NCBI RefSeq assembly: GCF_001194135.2
Contig: NC_068988.1
Span: forward strand, 78,397,618 to 78,442,554
Length of the DNA stretch: 44,937 bases
Source of the DNA: Octopus bimaculoides
Taxonomy: Eukaryota
Direction: 5' to 3'
The position numbers were made by a program, and so were the translations under genes. The notes beneath the pieces were generated by a model. The model made no database searches, was not told the origin of the DNA, and saw only the letters and a list, made by a program, of their open reading frames with translations. Positions 1-11,659 of the stretch are shown here, in pieces; positions within the stretch are counted from its first letter, which is position 1; each line of letters starts with the position of its first letter.

Positions 1-1415
1 GTAACATGTTAACCTTGTACAACCTGTTACATAGTCGGGTCGTCGGTGACTAAACTGGCAGCTCCACCAAGCTTGGTTGATCAGGAGGGTGATTCGCACA
101 TCTGGCAGGATGAAAAACAAAATCTGTCAAAGAGTGAAGGAATAATAAGAGTCAGTAGCCATCCAATAGTGTGTATATAGAGGTATTAACCTCGATGATG
201 AAAAACTCTTGACCTAGGATCACGGCAAAGTTATGGGCAGCAGCAATAGTGAATGTGCCCTCTAGATCCTTCTAGAGGGCACAAGGGGTTTCAGAGTTGG
301 AGTTGGGGTGGTGTGAGTGCATTTTTACGTCTGTTGATGCGTGCAATGTCAAATGCGATGTTGTCTAAGCAGGAGTAGCTCACCTTGACATTATGGGGAT
401 TGAAGAGTTTGCAATACTTACGACAGGAAGCCCCTAGCTACATTGATGGAAACTTCTAGATTGAAAAGGGGGTTATACCATAAAATTCTCCTTCTCCTTT
501 TGGGTGAGGAGAATGTGTTTGGGGGTTGTCCACATACGTAACCCTCTCGGTAAACTCGCTCCTAGCCAAAGCAACGTTGTAGTGGTAGGCGGCCCTGTTA
601 AAGATCTCTCTGTTGGCTGAGAGATTAGTCGTTTACTTATGCCTGGAACCAGGTTTCTAACTACAGTGGGGGTTGGTCTGAGCTCTTGTGGATCTATGCT
701 GTATCCTTGTTAGGCTTCCTGTACGGATAATACTTACCGGAATGAGGTCTAAGGTTACGTCCAAGAAATCGACTGTAGTCAGGTTGGTGGTAACCGTTAT
801 GGACAGGCCGAACTCCTTACATATTTTTATCAAACCTTCCTGAACCTGTCCTCGGTGAGGTCGTTCATATGGCTGGAGATAGCCAGGCCATCGTCCTTAT
901 AGAGGGCCGACCTATGTGGGTGGGTACGTCTCTTGAGGGTATTCAAGATGTATAACCCGACGAGGTCTGTGATTTCAGCTCCGTCAAAGATACCCATAGA
1001 TACGTCGAACAATGGGTCACCTTTTTCACCCGGATGGAATCGTCGTGGGCCAGAATTGACTTTCTGGCATTCATGATGATTCTGATGTGAAAGTCACTAA
1101 TGCTGGTGTATTGCTCAGCAAAAGTTAGGGCCTTCAGAAGGAGAGGCTTAGATATGGAAGGGTAGAAGTCGACAATGTCAAACTGGGTGAATCTACAGGT
1201 TGATTTATTCTCGATACCGTGGAACCAGTCGACCACGGCTGCGCTGGAGTTCCATTTAGTCAACCCTGTAGCTCTTCTGATATCGGAGTTGATAGTATTG
1301 AGAATACGTTTGCGAATAATACACATCTCACTTTTAGAGGGGTTGATCAGCCTGTATTTGGGATTGGAGTGGAAGTTAGGCTTATGGTCCTTAAGTGTAA
1401 TACGGAGGGGTCGCG
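1..1415 (-). mobile_element. Penelope-like retroelement relic (RT, thumb and start of endonuclease linker), probably Naiad clade; frameshifted and 5'-truncated
   Basis: Minus-strand peptides ITLKDHKPNFHSNPKYRLINPSKSE, FTQFDIVDFYPSIS, FDVSMGIFDGAEITDLVGLYIL, ALYKDDGL and, further down, KLFNPHNVKVSYSCL and CPLEG are characteristic PLE RT/linker motifs. Clade assignment is from memory of family motifs. Confidence 0.9.
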
Positions 1416-1438
1416 GGAGTAGGCTCACAGAAATTCAT

Positions 1439-2106
1439 AAAAGTTATTAGACTAATCCAGAAACTGGTCAACCCAAGACTATTTTATGATTTTCTGTGAG
1501 CCTACTCCTTCGATTTCAACAAGTTGTGTACTATAAAAGTGATAAACTTAAGTGGTTTGACGATTTAGCGTCTATTTTCAGCATAGGCATGATCTCTTCT
1601 ATAATTGCATTTTATACTATTATAAATTTCTATATATGTATTCACCTTAATAGGTCTATGTTGTATGTTGGCCACTGATAAAATCTTTAACGATTCTATC
1701 CTTTATTATTATAATTATATAAATTCCATTCATTTCGGGACAGTCTAGTTACTTCTGTACTATTCTGACCAGATGCACACGGGCTAATGTAGACTGAAAT
1801 TCGAAGTGGATGTATTTGTGTTATTTGCATGTAATCGTAGCTTTGCGTTTGCTTTTCTGTGGGTATGTATAAATATCTCATTTATTTCCTAAGTATGCCT
1901 TGCGGGTGACGAAAAGTTATTAGTCTAATCCAGAAATTGATCAACCCAAGGCTAAACATTTTATGAATTTCTGTGAGCATATACTCTCTCGATTTCAATA
2001 ATCATGATAATTTTAAGTGGTTTGACGATTTAGCGTCTATTTTTAGCATAGGCATGGTTTCTTCTATGCCCTTAATTATAATTGTATTTTATACCATTAT
2101 AAATCT
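1439..2106. repeat. Diverged direct duplication of a ~190-bp segment (1439-1630 and 1913-2106)
   Basis: Both copies read aaagttattag(a/t)ctaatccagaaa...ttaagtggtttgacgatttagcgtctattt...agcataggcatg...attataaat; offset about 474 bp. Confidence 0.85.
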
Positions 2107-2214
2107 TGCTCTCTCTCTCTCCCTCTCTCTCTCTCCCTCTCTCTCTCCCTCTCTCTCTCCCTCTCTCTNNNNNNNNNNNNNNNNNNNNNNNNNNNNNCTC
2201 TCCCCCTCTCCCCC

Positions 2215-2249
<35 letters not shown>

Positions 2250-2250
2250 C

Positions 2251-3020
2251 CAGTGGCGACTGTGGCACTCGAGCTGTTCGGGCTTAGCCCGAGTATAAAT
2301 TTAGTAAAGTGAACGTGCATTTGTATGCTGATTTAATTTCTGCCAACACTGACTTCAAGTATGTAATTGCAGTCAATAACTCGGGTTCCTTTTATTGAGA
2401 CTGGTCGCAGTTCATTCATTTTCATTCAGCGTCTGCCGGTCGTCTTAGAGGTGCCCTGTGTCAAAAAATATCATTCGTAGCAGACGTTCTCTTGAAATCA
2501 TTCACACGCGCCTCACTCGGGCTCAGAAGGTACAGCCCGGATTTTTATCTATGATCGTAAAAATTAAAAGTATTTCAATTTCAATGTTTTCTTGAAACAA
2601 TAAATTTCTGTGGACATTAGGATTTATATTCCAATCTATGAAAAGTTTCCATTCTACAATATTCTTAAAGAAACGAATAATTACCCGTCAAGTCGGTCTA
2701 ACACGAATGAGCCTGGTAGGCATAAAAGACTACCTGGCATCTCTTGNNNNNNNNNNGACGCTTGTTGTGCACGCCACTGTCGTTATGTGATTGCTGTTAT
2801 TCTGCGCGTCTGTGTGTAAAGATCAGTTGTGTTTTGCATGATTGTTTTATTTTCATCCTTAACGTAGAAATAGAAAAAGACATAGTGCTAGATATAAAAA
2901 AAATAAGCCATTTGGGGCTAGAAATGAAGCGGAAAAACGTGAAATTCTTCGAGCAGGCATGTGCCTTATGCGAAATCTGTGATGAGCCCGAGTGACGCTG
3001 ATGACCTGGAGTCGCCTCTG
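2251..3020. mobile_element. Non-autonomous hAT-type DNA transposon (~770 bp)
   Basis: 11-bp TIRs cagtggcgact (2251-2261) / agtcgcctctg (3010-3020), one mismatch. 8-bp flanks atatatac / atacgtac are a TSD differing only at a CpG. Subterminal agcccg/cgggct motifs occur at both ends. Confidence 0.7.
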
Positions 3021-3021
3021 A

Positions 3022-3120
3022 TACGTACGTACATACATACATCCATCCATACATACATACATATACACACTTACATATACACATACACATACATACATAC
3101 ATACATACATACATACATAA
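3022..3120. repeat. (TACA)n microsatellite
   Basis: Direct reading. Confidence 0.95.
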
Positions 3121-3132
3121 TGCATACATCGG

Positions 3133-3420
3133 TTAATATAAAGATTGACTCCCGTTACCGAAAGCAAAAAACAGCCTGTTGGGTATTAAAAACTATGTAG
3201 AAAACGAATATGTTGAAAAAAAAAAAAAATTCGCACAAACGAACGTGGGGAGGGGAAGAGGACTTTCGGAAAATTCACAAGATCTAATTTTTCCCTCATG
3301 ACTTTCACGAAAACGGATATCTATTGATGAAATTTTACAGAAACACCTTTCAAACAGCATAGATTACGATCATAAAGAAATTTGTAGGGAAAATGCTTTC
3401 CGAAGGTGTTTATCCGCGTG
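3133..3420 (+). mobile_element. Interspersed repeat with ~150-bp internal unit (one unit), Helentron/HINE-like; same family as 5242-5722
   Basis: Shares the start gttaatataaagattgact... and the unit ggactttcggaaaattcacaagatc...gaaattttacagaaacacc...ttccgaagg with 5242-5722. Class assignment is inference. Confidence 0.6.
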
Positions 3421-4159
3421 CGTATATGTGTAAGTGTGTGTGTGTGGGAGGAATGTTAGTGTGCAAGAAAAACATTTACGGAAATGAACTTGCACAATGT
3501 TACCCTTTGAATTTCTTTTTAATTGTGATAATGAAACAAGAAGTTTACTCCTTGCCGTCAAAATTAATTCCCGTTGCATTTTCTCTTTTTCAATATTCAA
3601 TTAAAAGAGAGAATATGATGTTAACAACAACGCTAAAACTTTAGTAACTGATACTTAGCATGGGTGTTTTGACGCATCTTCGTGACATCGTATCTCTCAT
3701 TGCAAGCTCTACATGATAGAGACAGGAAAAGTTCTGCTTCTTTGTTGTGCTTCGTCTGAAGACTGTAAGACCATTTAAATGACCAACATTACATAGATCA
3801 TCCTTACTCACCCCGAGCTCGTAATTGACAGTCATCACATACTCCAACAGGCTGCAATCTTCATCAGTAGGAAAATCGAACTATTCTATTGTTGTCGCCA
3901 GTGATACGCGTTATTAATGACCTTCAGAGACAATAGCCACCGATTACCCGAAAATATCACTCTAGGCTTCGCTGGCCCACGCACCGGGGCAAGATATACG
4001 ATTCTTGATTCCTGGAGAAAAATTACAGCCTTCAATGACCTGTCGGTCACGTTTATAGCGCAAACTCATATACATAACCTGATATCATGAAACTAGAGTT
4101 CGTTTGCTCACGTAGGTAAAAAGTTATTGTTACAGTTTGTAACAATAACGTTAAATAAG

Positions 4160-4242
4160 TTCTGGACCGATTTGAGAGACGAAACACTTCAAGGTTGCGC
4201 ATCAGAATGGCTGCAAATCCAATGACTGAAACAAGTAAAAGA

Positions 4243-4320
<78 letters not shown>
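4160..4320 (+). mobile_element. SINE 3' tail followed by (TG)n
   Basis: ...atggctgcaaatccaatgactgaaacaagtaaaagaa resembles the tail at 17590-17628 (gccgcagtcaaatgactgaaataagtaa). Confidence 0.55.
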
Positions 4321-4326
<6 letters not shown>

Positions 4327-4439
4327 AGTGGCTTACAATACCTTTATAGTCAGGGTAATAAAACGCAATATTATCTTGTAATAATTTGAAACTGTTGAAA
4401 ATAAGTGAAAACTATCCCAAAAATATTATTTTGAAAGTT

Positions 4440-5215
4440 GTCTTTTAATTAATATCACTCACGGCATTCACAAGATTAGGCAAGGATTTGATTAAATTCT
4501 CAATGACAAACTATTCCACGTTTACCACACACTTCAGTCAATATTTCTTCCTACATTATAATTGATGCAACTTATGATCATCTTAATCACCACTTTCTTT
4601 CAAAATGTCTCTATATGTGCCCAGTTGGAGCTTTCAGCATACATTTCACATATTTGATTCCGTGAGAGCAGTTCTACTCATATGACACTTTGCTTGCATA
4701 GCACAGAGTTTCATCTTTTTGAAAAATATTAGTCTTTTTATATATTTCTATATTGAAATAGATGGGTGACAGACCCTTATCAAGTATTTGTATTTTGGAC
4801 CATTTGAATTATTCTCTGCAAAAGCGATCTCCAATCTGCCTAACACCCAAGCTGGCCCCACCAATACCATAACTCCAACTCATCCAGGTTTAACTATTCT
4901 TTTCAAATAATCCAACTCCCAAAACTCAGTTCAATCGAACCATACTAATTACTTTGGATTGGAAATTTCTTTTTGTCACACCACAACCCATTTTCTAATA
5001 AGCTTCAAAGATTTTGAAATCATTTGCATCTTTTCTTTTTTGGAACTCTTCATTCTAATCCAAAATACTCGAATAATAATCTTACACGACATCTCCATAT
5101 AATTTGCAATTTCTCTAACAGTGGCACATCGATGTTTCATAGCTTCAATCTTTACTGTCCGTCTTTACCTTCTCAGGAACTATGCCAGAAGAAAGATTCG
5201 GCTGACATGCTGTTG
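4440..5215 (-). pseudogene. Heavily decayed Tc1-like transposase
   Basis: Minus-strand remnants: HTH-like CATVREIANYMEMS, WCDKKKF (cf. WSDEKKF), IFQKDETLCYASKV (cf. IFQQDNAPCH.SK) and terminal ENLIKSLPNLVNAV (cf. NLI.SMP.RV.AV). Many stops and frameshifts; TIRs not found. Confidence 0.55.
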
Positions 5216-5241
5216 ATGGAGAGTTGCTGTTGATGCATAGG

Positions 5242-5722
5242 TTAATATAAAGATTGACTTCCGTTAACGAAAACAAAAATAAACAGATCGTTAGGTGTTA
5301 AAAACTGTGTAGGAAACGCATATGAGAAAAACATTTGCGCAAACGAACGTGAAGCGATGGGGAGAGGACTTTCGGAAAATTCACAAGATCCGATTTTTCC
5401 CTCATAACTTTCAGGAAAATGGATACATATTGATGAAATTTTATAGAAATACCGTTCAAATGGCACAAATTACGATTATAAAGACATTTCTGGGCAAAAT
5501 CTTTTCCGAAGGGGTGGGGAGAAGACTGTCGGAAAATTCACACGATCCGTTTTTTACCCCTCATAACTTTCAGGAAAATGAAATTTTACAGAAACACCTT
5601 TCAAACAGCATAGATTACGATTATAAAGAAATTTGTGGGGGAAATGTTTTCCGAAGGGGTGGGGAGAAGACTGTCAGAAAGTTCACACGATCCGTTTTTT
5701 TCCACTCATAATTTTCATGATC
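5242..5722 (+). mobile_element. Interspersed repeat with central tandem array of ~145-157-bp units (Helentron/HINE-like), truncated by gap
   Basis: Units start with ggggaga(g/a)gact at 5359, 5516 and 5661; 5' part matches 3133. Confidence 0.65.
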
Positions 5723-5876
5723 NNNNNNNNNNNNNNNNNNNNNNNNNNNNNNNNNNNNNNNNNNNNNNNNNNNNNNNNNNNNNNNNNNNNNNNNNNNNNN
5801 NNNNNNNNNNNNNNNNNNNNNNNNNNNNNNNNNNNNNNNNNNNNNNNNNNNNNNNNNNNNNNNNNNNNNNNNNNNN

Positions 5877-6860
5877 CCACCCTATGTAATCTTCATTATA
5901 TCCTTGACATTTGATAGCGTATATTAAATTATTGCGAGTTTCAGGGTTTGAGACGCTTGTGCAGATTTTTCTTGCTAGATTAAAGGGGGATATTATTCTT
6001 CGTGTATTTGGGATGGCATGAGAACAGTAAGTATTGTTTGGAATCTGTTTGTTTGTAGAGAATATCTGTTTCAATGTTTTTACTCTTTTGATGATTAGTA
6101 TATACAGGAATGGTAGTTGAGTTAGTTGAGTTTTACTGTAATCCATGGTAAAGTTAATATTATTGTTTATGCTGTTGATTAGATTTTTTAAATCTATAAG
6201 TTCTTCAAATGTGTACATTCATAGGATAAGGCAGTCATCTAAGTAACATTTCCAGTTTTCTAGTAGCTATTTGTGGATGTTAAGCCATATATTAATTTAG
6301 ATTGTTCATATATAGGGGCATCTAAGTATGCCATGACTAGACTGGAGTAATTCGGAGCAACTTTGTACCCATCGCAGTCCCAGATATTGCCATCGAAGTC
6401 AAAAAAGTTATTTTCAGGATAAATTTTAATCCTTCAGTAATGAAACTCTTTTCAATTCTGTCTGGAATTTCATGGGGGAATTTCTCAAGCCAGAAATGTA
6501 TTGCCTCTAGTCCATATTGGTGTGGGATTGTGGTATAGAGGTTTACCACATCAAAAGATACAATAAAGGTATCATTGTTTATGGATTTGGGGAGGTGGTT
6601 TAAAAGATACAGGTTGTCCCTTACAAGACTTGGCATGTATTTTAAAATAGGTTTCAGTCATATATCTAAAAAGTTGCTGAGTCTACTACGATTAATCTAA
6701 ATTTAAGGTCGGTGAGATATTGTGTACATATGCAACTTGAAGCTGGTTCTTTACATGCATACTTAACAGCTTGATTCTTATGGATATTTGGGAAACCATA
6801 GAGGTAGCTAGTCTTGCAATCAAAATAGGTTAGGTTGTAAACTGTGAAACCGGTTAACGC
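5877..6860 (-). mobile_element. Penelope-like retroelement RT relic (second family)
   Basis: Peptides KTSYLYGFPNIH, LKFRLIV, FIVSFDVVNLYTTIPHQYGLEAIHFWL, GTAMGTK, INFTMDYSKTQL..LPFL and PFNLARKICTSVSN; frameshifted. Confidence 0.9.
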
Positions 6861-6923
6861 TTTAAATACATTAATAAAAATATTTTAACTATTCTCAGTG
6901 CATTTTCAACTTCTATTTTTCAT

Positions 6924-7048
<125 letters not shown>

Positions 7049-8279
7049 CAGGGTGTGGAAGCAAAACTTCCATTAAAAGTTACACTACACCAAATATGAA
7101 ACCTAATGTAGAACGAAGAATATATTGTCAGCTCGTAATATTTTTTTTCTTTTGTAGGAACATTGGATGATATGCCTGTGCAGGAGGACAAATGCCTAAG
7201 AGTATGTGATTTGGTCTGTGCACAAACCGAAAAGGATCTCAAGCATAGTCGGAGTATCCTAACGCACATTTTATAAAGTGAAGAAGAGAACGGACATGGG
7301 CAACAGCATTCAGAGGAAGTCTGACAGTGGTGGGGGCCAACAAGAAGCGGAATCAAATTCTTCATCAACACCCTCAAGTCCAAAATTTCAACATACTCAA
7401 CTACATGCCCGCGGAAGCTGGCTTCTGAACTTGAAGTGGATCTCAAAATCATCAGAACAGCTGTGAATGATGACTTGGTCCTCAAGTCCTACATCAGGAC
7501 ACCGAGAAACCTGCTGACAGAACCTATGAAGGCCAGGAAACTGGAGAGGTGCAAAAAGGTTCTCACATACCTCAAGAAGAACGGGTCCACTTTGAAAATC
7601 TTCACCGTGGATGCCGTTTGTGAACCGCAGAAACGACTGGTACATTGTGGAGTCAACAACTGACATTAGGAGCTCCTTCAGAACAAAACATCTAGCCCAG
7701 GTCACAATCTTCGGTGTTGTGGCCTCCGATAGAAGAAAGATGCCCAGCTACTTCTACATGCCTGGAAAATGGTGGATGCTGACGCCTTCTGCAAGATTCT
7801 GAGGTGCCCTGTCTCGCCATGGTCCAAGGACAACTACACGAAGGGCAACTATGTGTTGACCCAGGATGGTGCTTCCAGTCATACTTCCAAGAAAGTACAG
7901 AATTTCTGCAAATCCAACTTTGCTGCTTTCTGGCCTGCGGACTTCTGACCTTCTTCCATTCCGCATCTCAACTCTCTGGACTATGACGTGTGAGGCATTT
8001 TGGAGCATGCTACCAACAAAACCTTCCACTCCAACGTCAACTCTCTGAAAGCTACCATCAATGAGGAGTGGGCCAGGATATACAGTGACTTCGTGATAAA
8101 GAGTCGTGCAGAGTTCCGGGGCCGTGTAGAGACCGTAATTTCAAACAATGGAAGCCACCTACAATAAATTATTCGTTTTATAATTATATGTGAATGTTAT
8201 TAAACTATTCTTGAACGACTGTGCAATGACAGAGTTTCAAATGTTACAGCAATTTTGCAAGTTTTGCTTCCCTACCCTG
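7049..8279 (+). mobile_element. Full-length, inactivated maT (DD37D) Tc1/mariner-superfamily transposon, 1231 bp
   Basis: 21-bp TIRs cagggtgtggaagcaaaactt / aagttttgcttccctaccctg (2 mismatches); TA TSD at 7047-7048 and 8280-8281. Transposase from ATG 7172 to TAA 8167 with LLTEPMKARKLERCKKVL, NRRNDWY, QDGASSHTS...F*PSSIPHLNSLDY. 37 residues counted between the second and third D. Stops and frameshifts present. Confidence 0.93.
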
Positions 8280-8699
8280 TATACATACATACATACATAC
8301 ATACATACGCGCACGCGTATGTAAAGAATATGCGTTTTGAGTCTGTTCTCGTATATATTAAAATGTGAGTGAAGACCAATGTTGGATCTACCTATAGGCT
8401 TGAATGGGTGAGTCTTACAGCTTAAAAATTTGGGGATCTTCAGTCAACGCGTAGAATGGTTTAGGATTTTTGGAAGAGGCCTCACAAGAGGAATAGTCTG
8501 GAGTCTCTCTTCATCTAAATCCGATAAATAGGAAACTACTGTTTTAGAGCCAACAGCCGGCATGTGCAGAACATTCTAGATTAGTTAGAAAAACCTCCAA
8601 AACAACGCACCCACTATATACATCTTAGAGACAACAGTCGCTTGTACTGTACTTTCTAGATCAATCAACATTGTTACCCGTATAACTAACAAGGTTTTG

Positions 8700-8900
8700 C
8701 TTTGCATATTGTTTAACTTCTGTTTGAGCAGAACTGCGATCAAAGGTATTTTATCCGTGACCAGCCCATCCTATTTAGATATATGTGGGACTAAATTATC
8801 TAATACGACCTTTCTAAGATACAAATGATGTAATTTGAGGGATATTTAGATACCATTCTAAGAAGGTCCATCAACCACATTGAGACTCCCTCATTTGTTT
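8700..8900 (+). repeat. Degenerate interspersed repeat (probable SINE body) with related pieces at ~13480-13535 and ~38425-38575
   Basis: Shared gatcaaagg(c/t)att...gtaatttgaggga...ctatt(t)ctag(c/a)agg...aaccac blocks. Confidence 0.5.
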
Positions 8901-9654
8901 AGCACAAAAATTAAAAATAAACCAATATTCCAGAGATTGAACTATATCGTTACTGTTTCTATGTTAGACAAAAACGCTACAGCCGTCTTCACATCATTGT
9001 CCTGGTGGGTGATCACTATAAACTACAAAAATAAAAAACTGGATTCAATTATTATTGAACATGACCTACTGCACTTACAAAATCATTGGTCTTTAGAGAT
9101 TTCCACTTGCAAAAGGAGTTTCAGTATTTTAAGCTGCTAAATTTTTAAAAGAATCTGAAATTTGGTTTCCAATATAAGTAATTCTTATCAAATACAAGTA
9201 TTTTGTCAACAATTTCGATGTATATTTCAACCGCCAGAGCTTTGTTTGAATTAAATATTTCAATATTTACATAGATTACTGACTTTCATTTATTATCAAT
9301 ATAATTTTGGCAAGAATCCCTATTACACAAAGGCAAACTAAGCCATAAAGGCCACTCTCAGAACATTACGAAATTCTGAAAGCAATAATTCTCAAATTGA
9401 AAAACGATGGATTATTGTTCGCGTATGGAATTATTCAATTATCGTTCCAACCTTTTATAATCCTCACAGATCATAAAATTGTATTTGAATTAGCTGAAGA
9501 CCAAGTAATTTCCGTAGACTGCTGATATGGGAATAGTTTAGCCGGAAATAAATACTATTTTAAGTTATGGAGCTATGATTTGCGATGATATAAAAATAAA
9601 CATATATGTAAAAAGTACAAAACTAATCAATAGAAATTAGCGGAGAAATCATTT

Positions 9655-10201
9655 CAAAGAAGGGGTGGTAGGTTGTGGCATTTTAAAAAGAGCTCTCATT
9701 AGCTCGACGTATGCTAATAATGATATTAAAGCAGTGGCTCTCATGGCTTCTGATCTTAACTGACTGGAAGCGTGTGTATGTATATATTTTGTCTTGCTGT
9801 AAAAGATGAGCTACTCTGTTTAATACCACAGATTTGCTTGTTAGTTGCTTGACCATAACAAGCTGAGAACGGTCCTTGGTGGCTGACGATATGTGCATCT
9901 CTGATCATGAGCTGAAGTAGTGAGGGAGCATCATAGCTATGTGTTGAGAGGAATTCTTTAGGGTTTGAATAAATATGGGCTACTTGACTCGAAGAAAAAT
10001 TCTAACTGGTCCCCATTAGCAAGGTCATGTGCTGTTTATCTTGATATGAGACCCCATGTCACTCACATATGGTTGTGATGCATATGCCTGGTGTACACTT
10101 ATCAGCCAGTTAGTAATGATGGGTATATTGGGCTTCGTATATTTGCACCCTGGCGTCACTTTGATGGCACGCGCTACTCTTTCACTCAATAATAATAATA
10201 A
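9655..10201 (+). mobile_element. Octopus-type interspersed retroposon (SINE-like) ending in (AAT)n tail
   Basis: Blocks gcagtggctctcatggcttctgatcttaactga, ggctgacgatatgtgcatctctgatca and cactttgatggcacgcgctactctttcactcaataataataat, recognised from memory as a common octopus repeat; 3' simple-repeat tail. Confidence 0.65.
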
Positions 10202-10259
10202 TATAGATTTAATCTATTTGAGAATATATATTTTTTTCTGGTACTTAATTTTCGACAAA

Positions 10260-10331
10260 ATGGAAAAGGTTAAAATGGAATTCTCCCAGAAGGACATCCC
10301 CTTACACAGCAAAGAAATGTATATGCAGCTG
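10260..10331 (+). pseudogene. Possible N-terminus of a Naiad-type PLE ORF
   Basis: MEKVKMEFSQKDIPLHSKEMYMQL resembles the F.YS.KNIP.PS...Y start of this PLE group. Short match only. Confidence 0.35.
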
Positions 10332-10550
10332 AGGAGTACCATTTCATTGCACATCTTATGTGGTGTTCTCACTACATAAATAAATGAAGTTTATACGAAA
10401 CGTACGTACTGCTATAACCTACTGAATTTTTGTTGCTTTTCTTCAAATATTATTCACCAAATCTCTTGATTTTATTTTTGGTTTTTGCCCTACCAAATTC
10501 TGGTGCCACAAACATTTTAAGTACCACATTTAATCTTTTGATTAAATCTA

Positions 10551-10551
<1 letters not shown>

Positions 10552-10617
<66 letters not shown>
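10552..10617. repeat. (ATT)n microsatellite running into a gap
   Basis: Direct reading. Confidence 0.95.
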
Positions 10618-11039
10618 NNNNNNNNNNNNNNNNNNNNNNNNNNNNNNNNNNNNNNNNNNNNNNNNNNNNNNNNNNNNNNNNNNNNNNNNNNNNNNNNNNN
10701 NNNNNNNNNNNNNNNNNNNNNNNNNNNNNNNNNNNNNNNNNNNNNNNNNNNNNNNNNNNNNNNNNNNNNNNNNNNNNNNNNNNNNNNNNNNNNNNNNNNN
10801 NNNNNNNNNNNNNNNNNNNNNNNNNNNNNNNNNNNNNNNNNNNNNNNNNNNNNNNNNNNNNNNNNNNNNNNNNNNNNNNNNNNNNNNNNNNNNNNNNNNN
10901 NNNNNNNNNNNNNNNNNNNNNNNNNNNNNNNNNNNNNNNNNNNNNNNNNNNNNNNNNNNNNNNNNNNNNNNNNNNNNNNNNNNNNNNNNNNNNNNNNNNN
11001 NNNNNNNNNNNNNNNNNNNNNNNNNNNNNNNNNNNNNNN

Positions 11040-11223
11040 GGAGAATATACAAATAATAACAACAGACGAGGACAGGTGGTGTAAATAACAAAAGTATATA
11101 TTAGTATGACGCTCGGGAATACGGAAAGTCTTTGACGTTTCGAGCTACGCTCTTCAACAGAAAGAATACGGAGACAAGGAGAAAAACACGGAGAAAAAAA
11201 ATTGAATAGTGTTCAGTCAACGG

Positions 11224-11225
<2 letters not shown>
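11040..11225 (-). mobile_element. ~186-bp non-autonomous HHR-bearing element (family H2), next to (TA)n
   Basis: Near-identical to 42671-42861 (about a dozen differences) and related to 14153-14349. Confidence 0.85.
11129..11165 (-). ncRNA. Minimal type I hammerhead ribozyme motif, A6U core variant, GUC cleavage triplet
   Basis: Minus strand UCUUU-CUGUUGA-A-GAG cguag CUC-GAA-ACGU-C-AAAGA: 5-bp stem I, 3-bp stem II, palindromic loopless stem III. Confidence 0.7.
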
Positions 11226-11264
<39 letters not shown>

Positions 11265-11659
11265 AGTAGCTTTTTATAATTGCTTCATAAGATATGATAT
11301 TGTCTAGTTCCTTTCCGTTTCCTCGTTAAACACCCTCACCCCACCCAGATTATCAAGTTACCGTTCACTCCAACGTTGATTTAACTCTGCTATTTCGGAT
11401 TACAATACCGTTGGTTCTTACATCATCGTGATATCCAAAAATAGTTTGAAAGGAAAATCCTATGACCATTTCACTTCGACGCCGTTCAGCTTTGTGAACA
11501 GTGGAGTAGAAAATGGTGAAAAGTCTTCTCCCAGTCTGCAATCCTTCCATTTTGTGGTGGTTAATTGACTATAATACTTTATTGCATCGCTTAATAGCTT
11601 CAACGGAAGCTAGTCATGCAAGGTTTTTCAAGTTTAAGTATGCTAAGTGATAAACAAAG

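Noticed and set aside
45-95. HHR-like text on the minus strand (ctgatca-accaagcttggt-ggagc) in the PLE 3' region
   Set aside because: Both core boxes are mutated and stems I/III do not pair; at most a relic.
288-295. In-frame TGA in the Cys-rich linker of the probable Naiad element, a possible selenocysteine
   Set aside because: It aligns to the Arg of C-N-C-R (CGA>TGA, CpG decay) next to a 1-bp deletion, in a copy with many other lesions; no evidence for Sec.
2772-2779. cgccactg as right TIR for the hAT element starting at 2251
   Set aside because: No TSD at this position; 3010-3020 gives a longer TIR match and a credible 8-bp TSD.
8400-8450. Degenerate HHR-like text (minus: ctgaaga...agctgtaagac); similar scraps at 41555-41625
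   Set aside because: GAAA box or stems are missing; cannot be supported as ribozymes.
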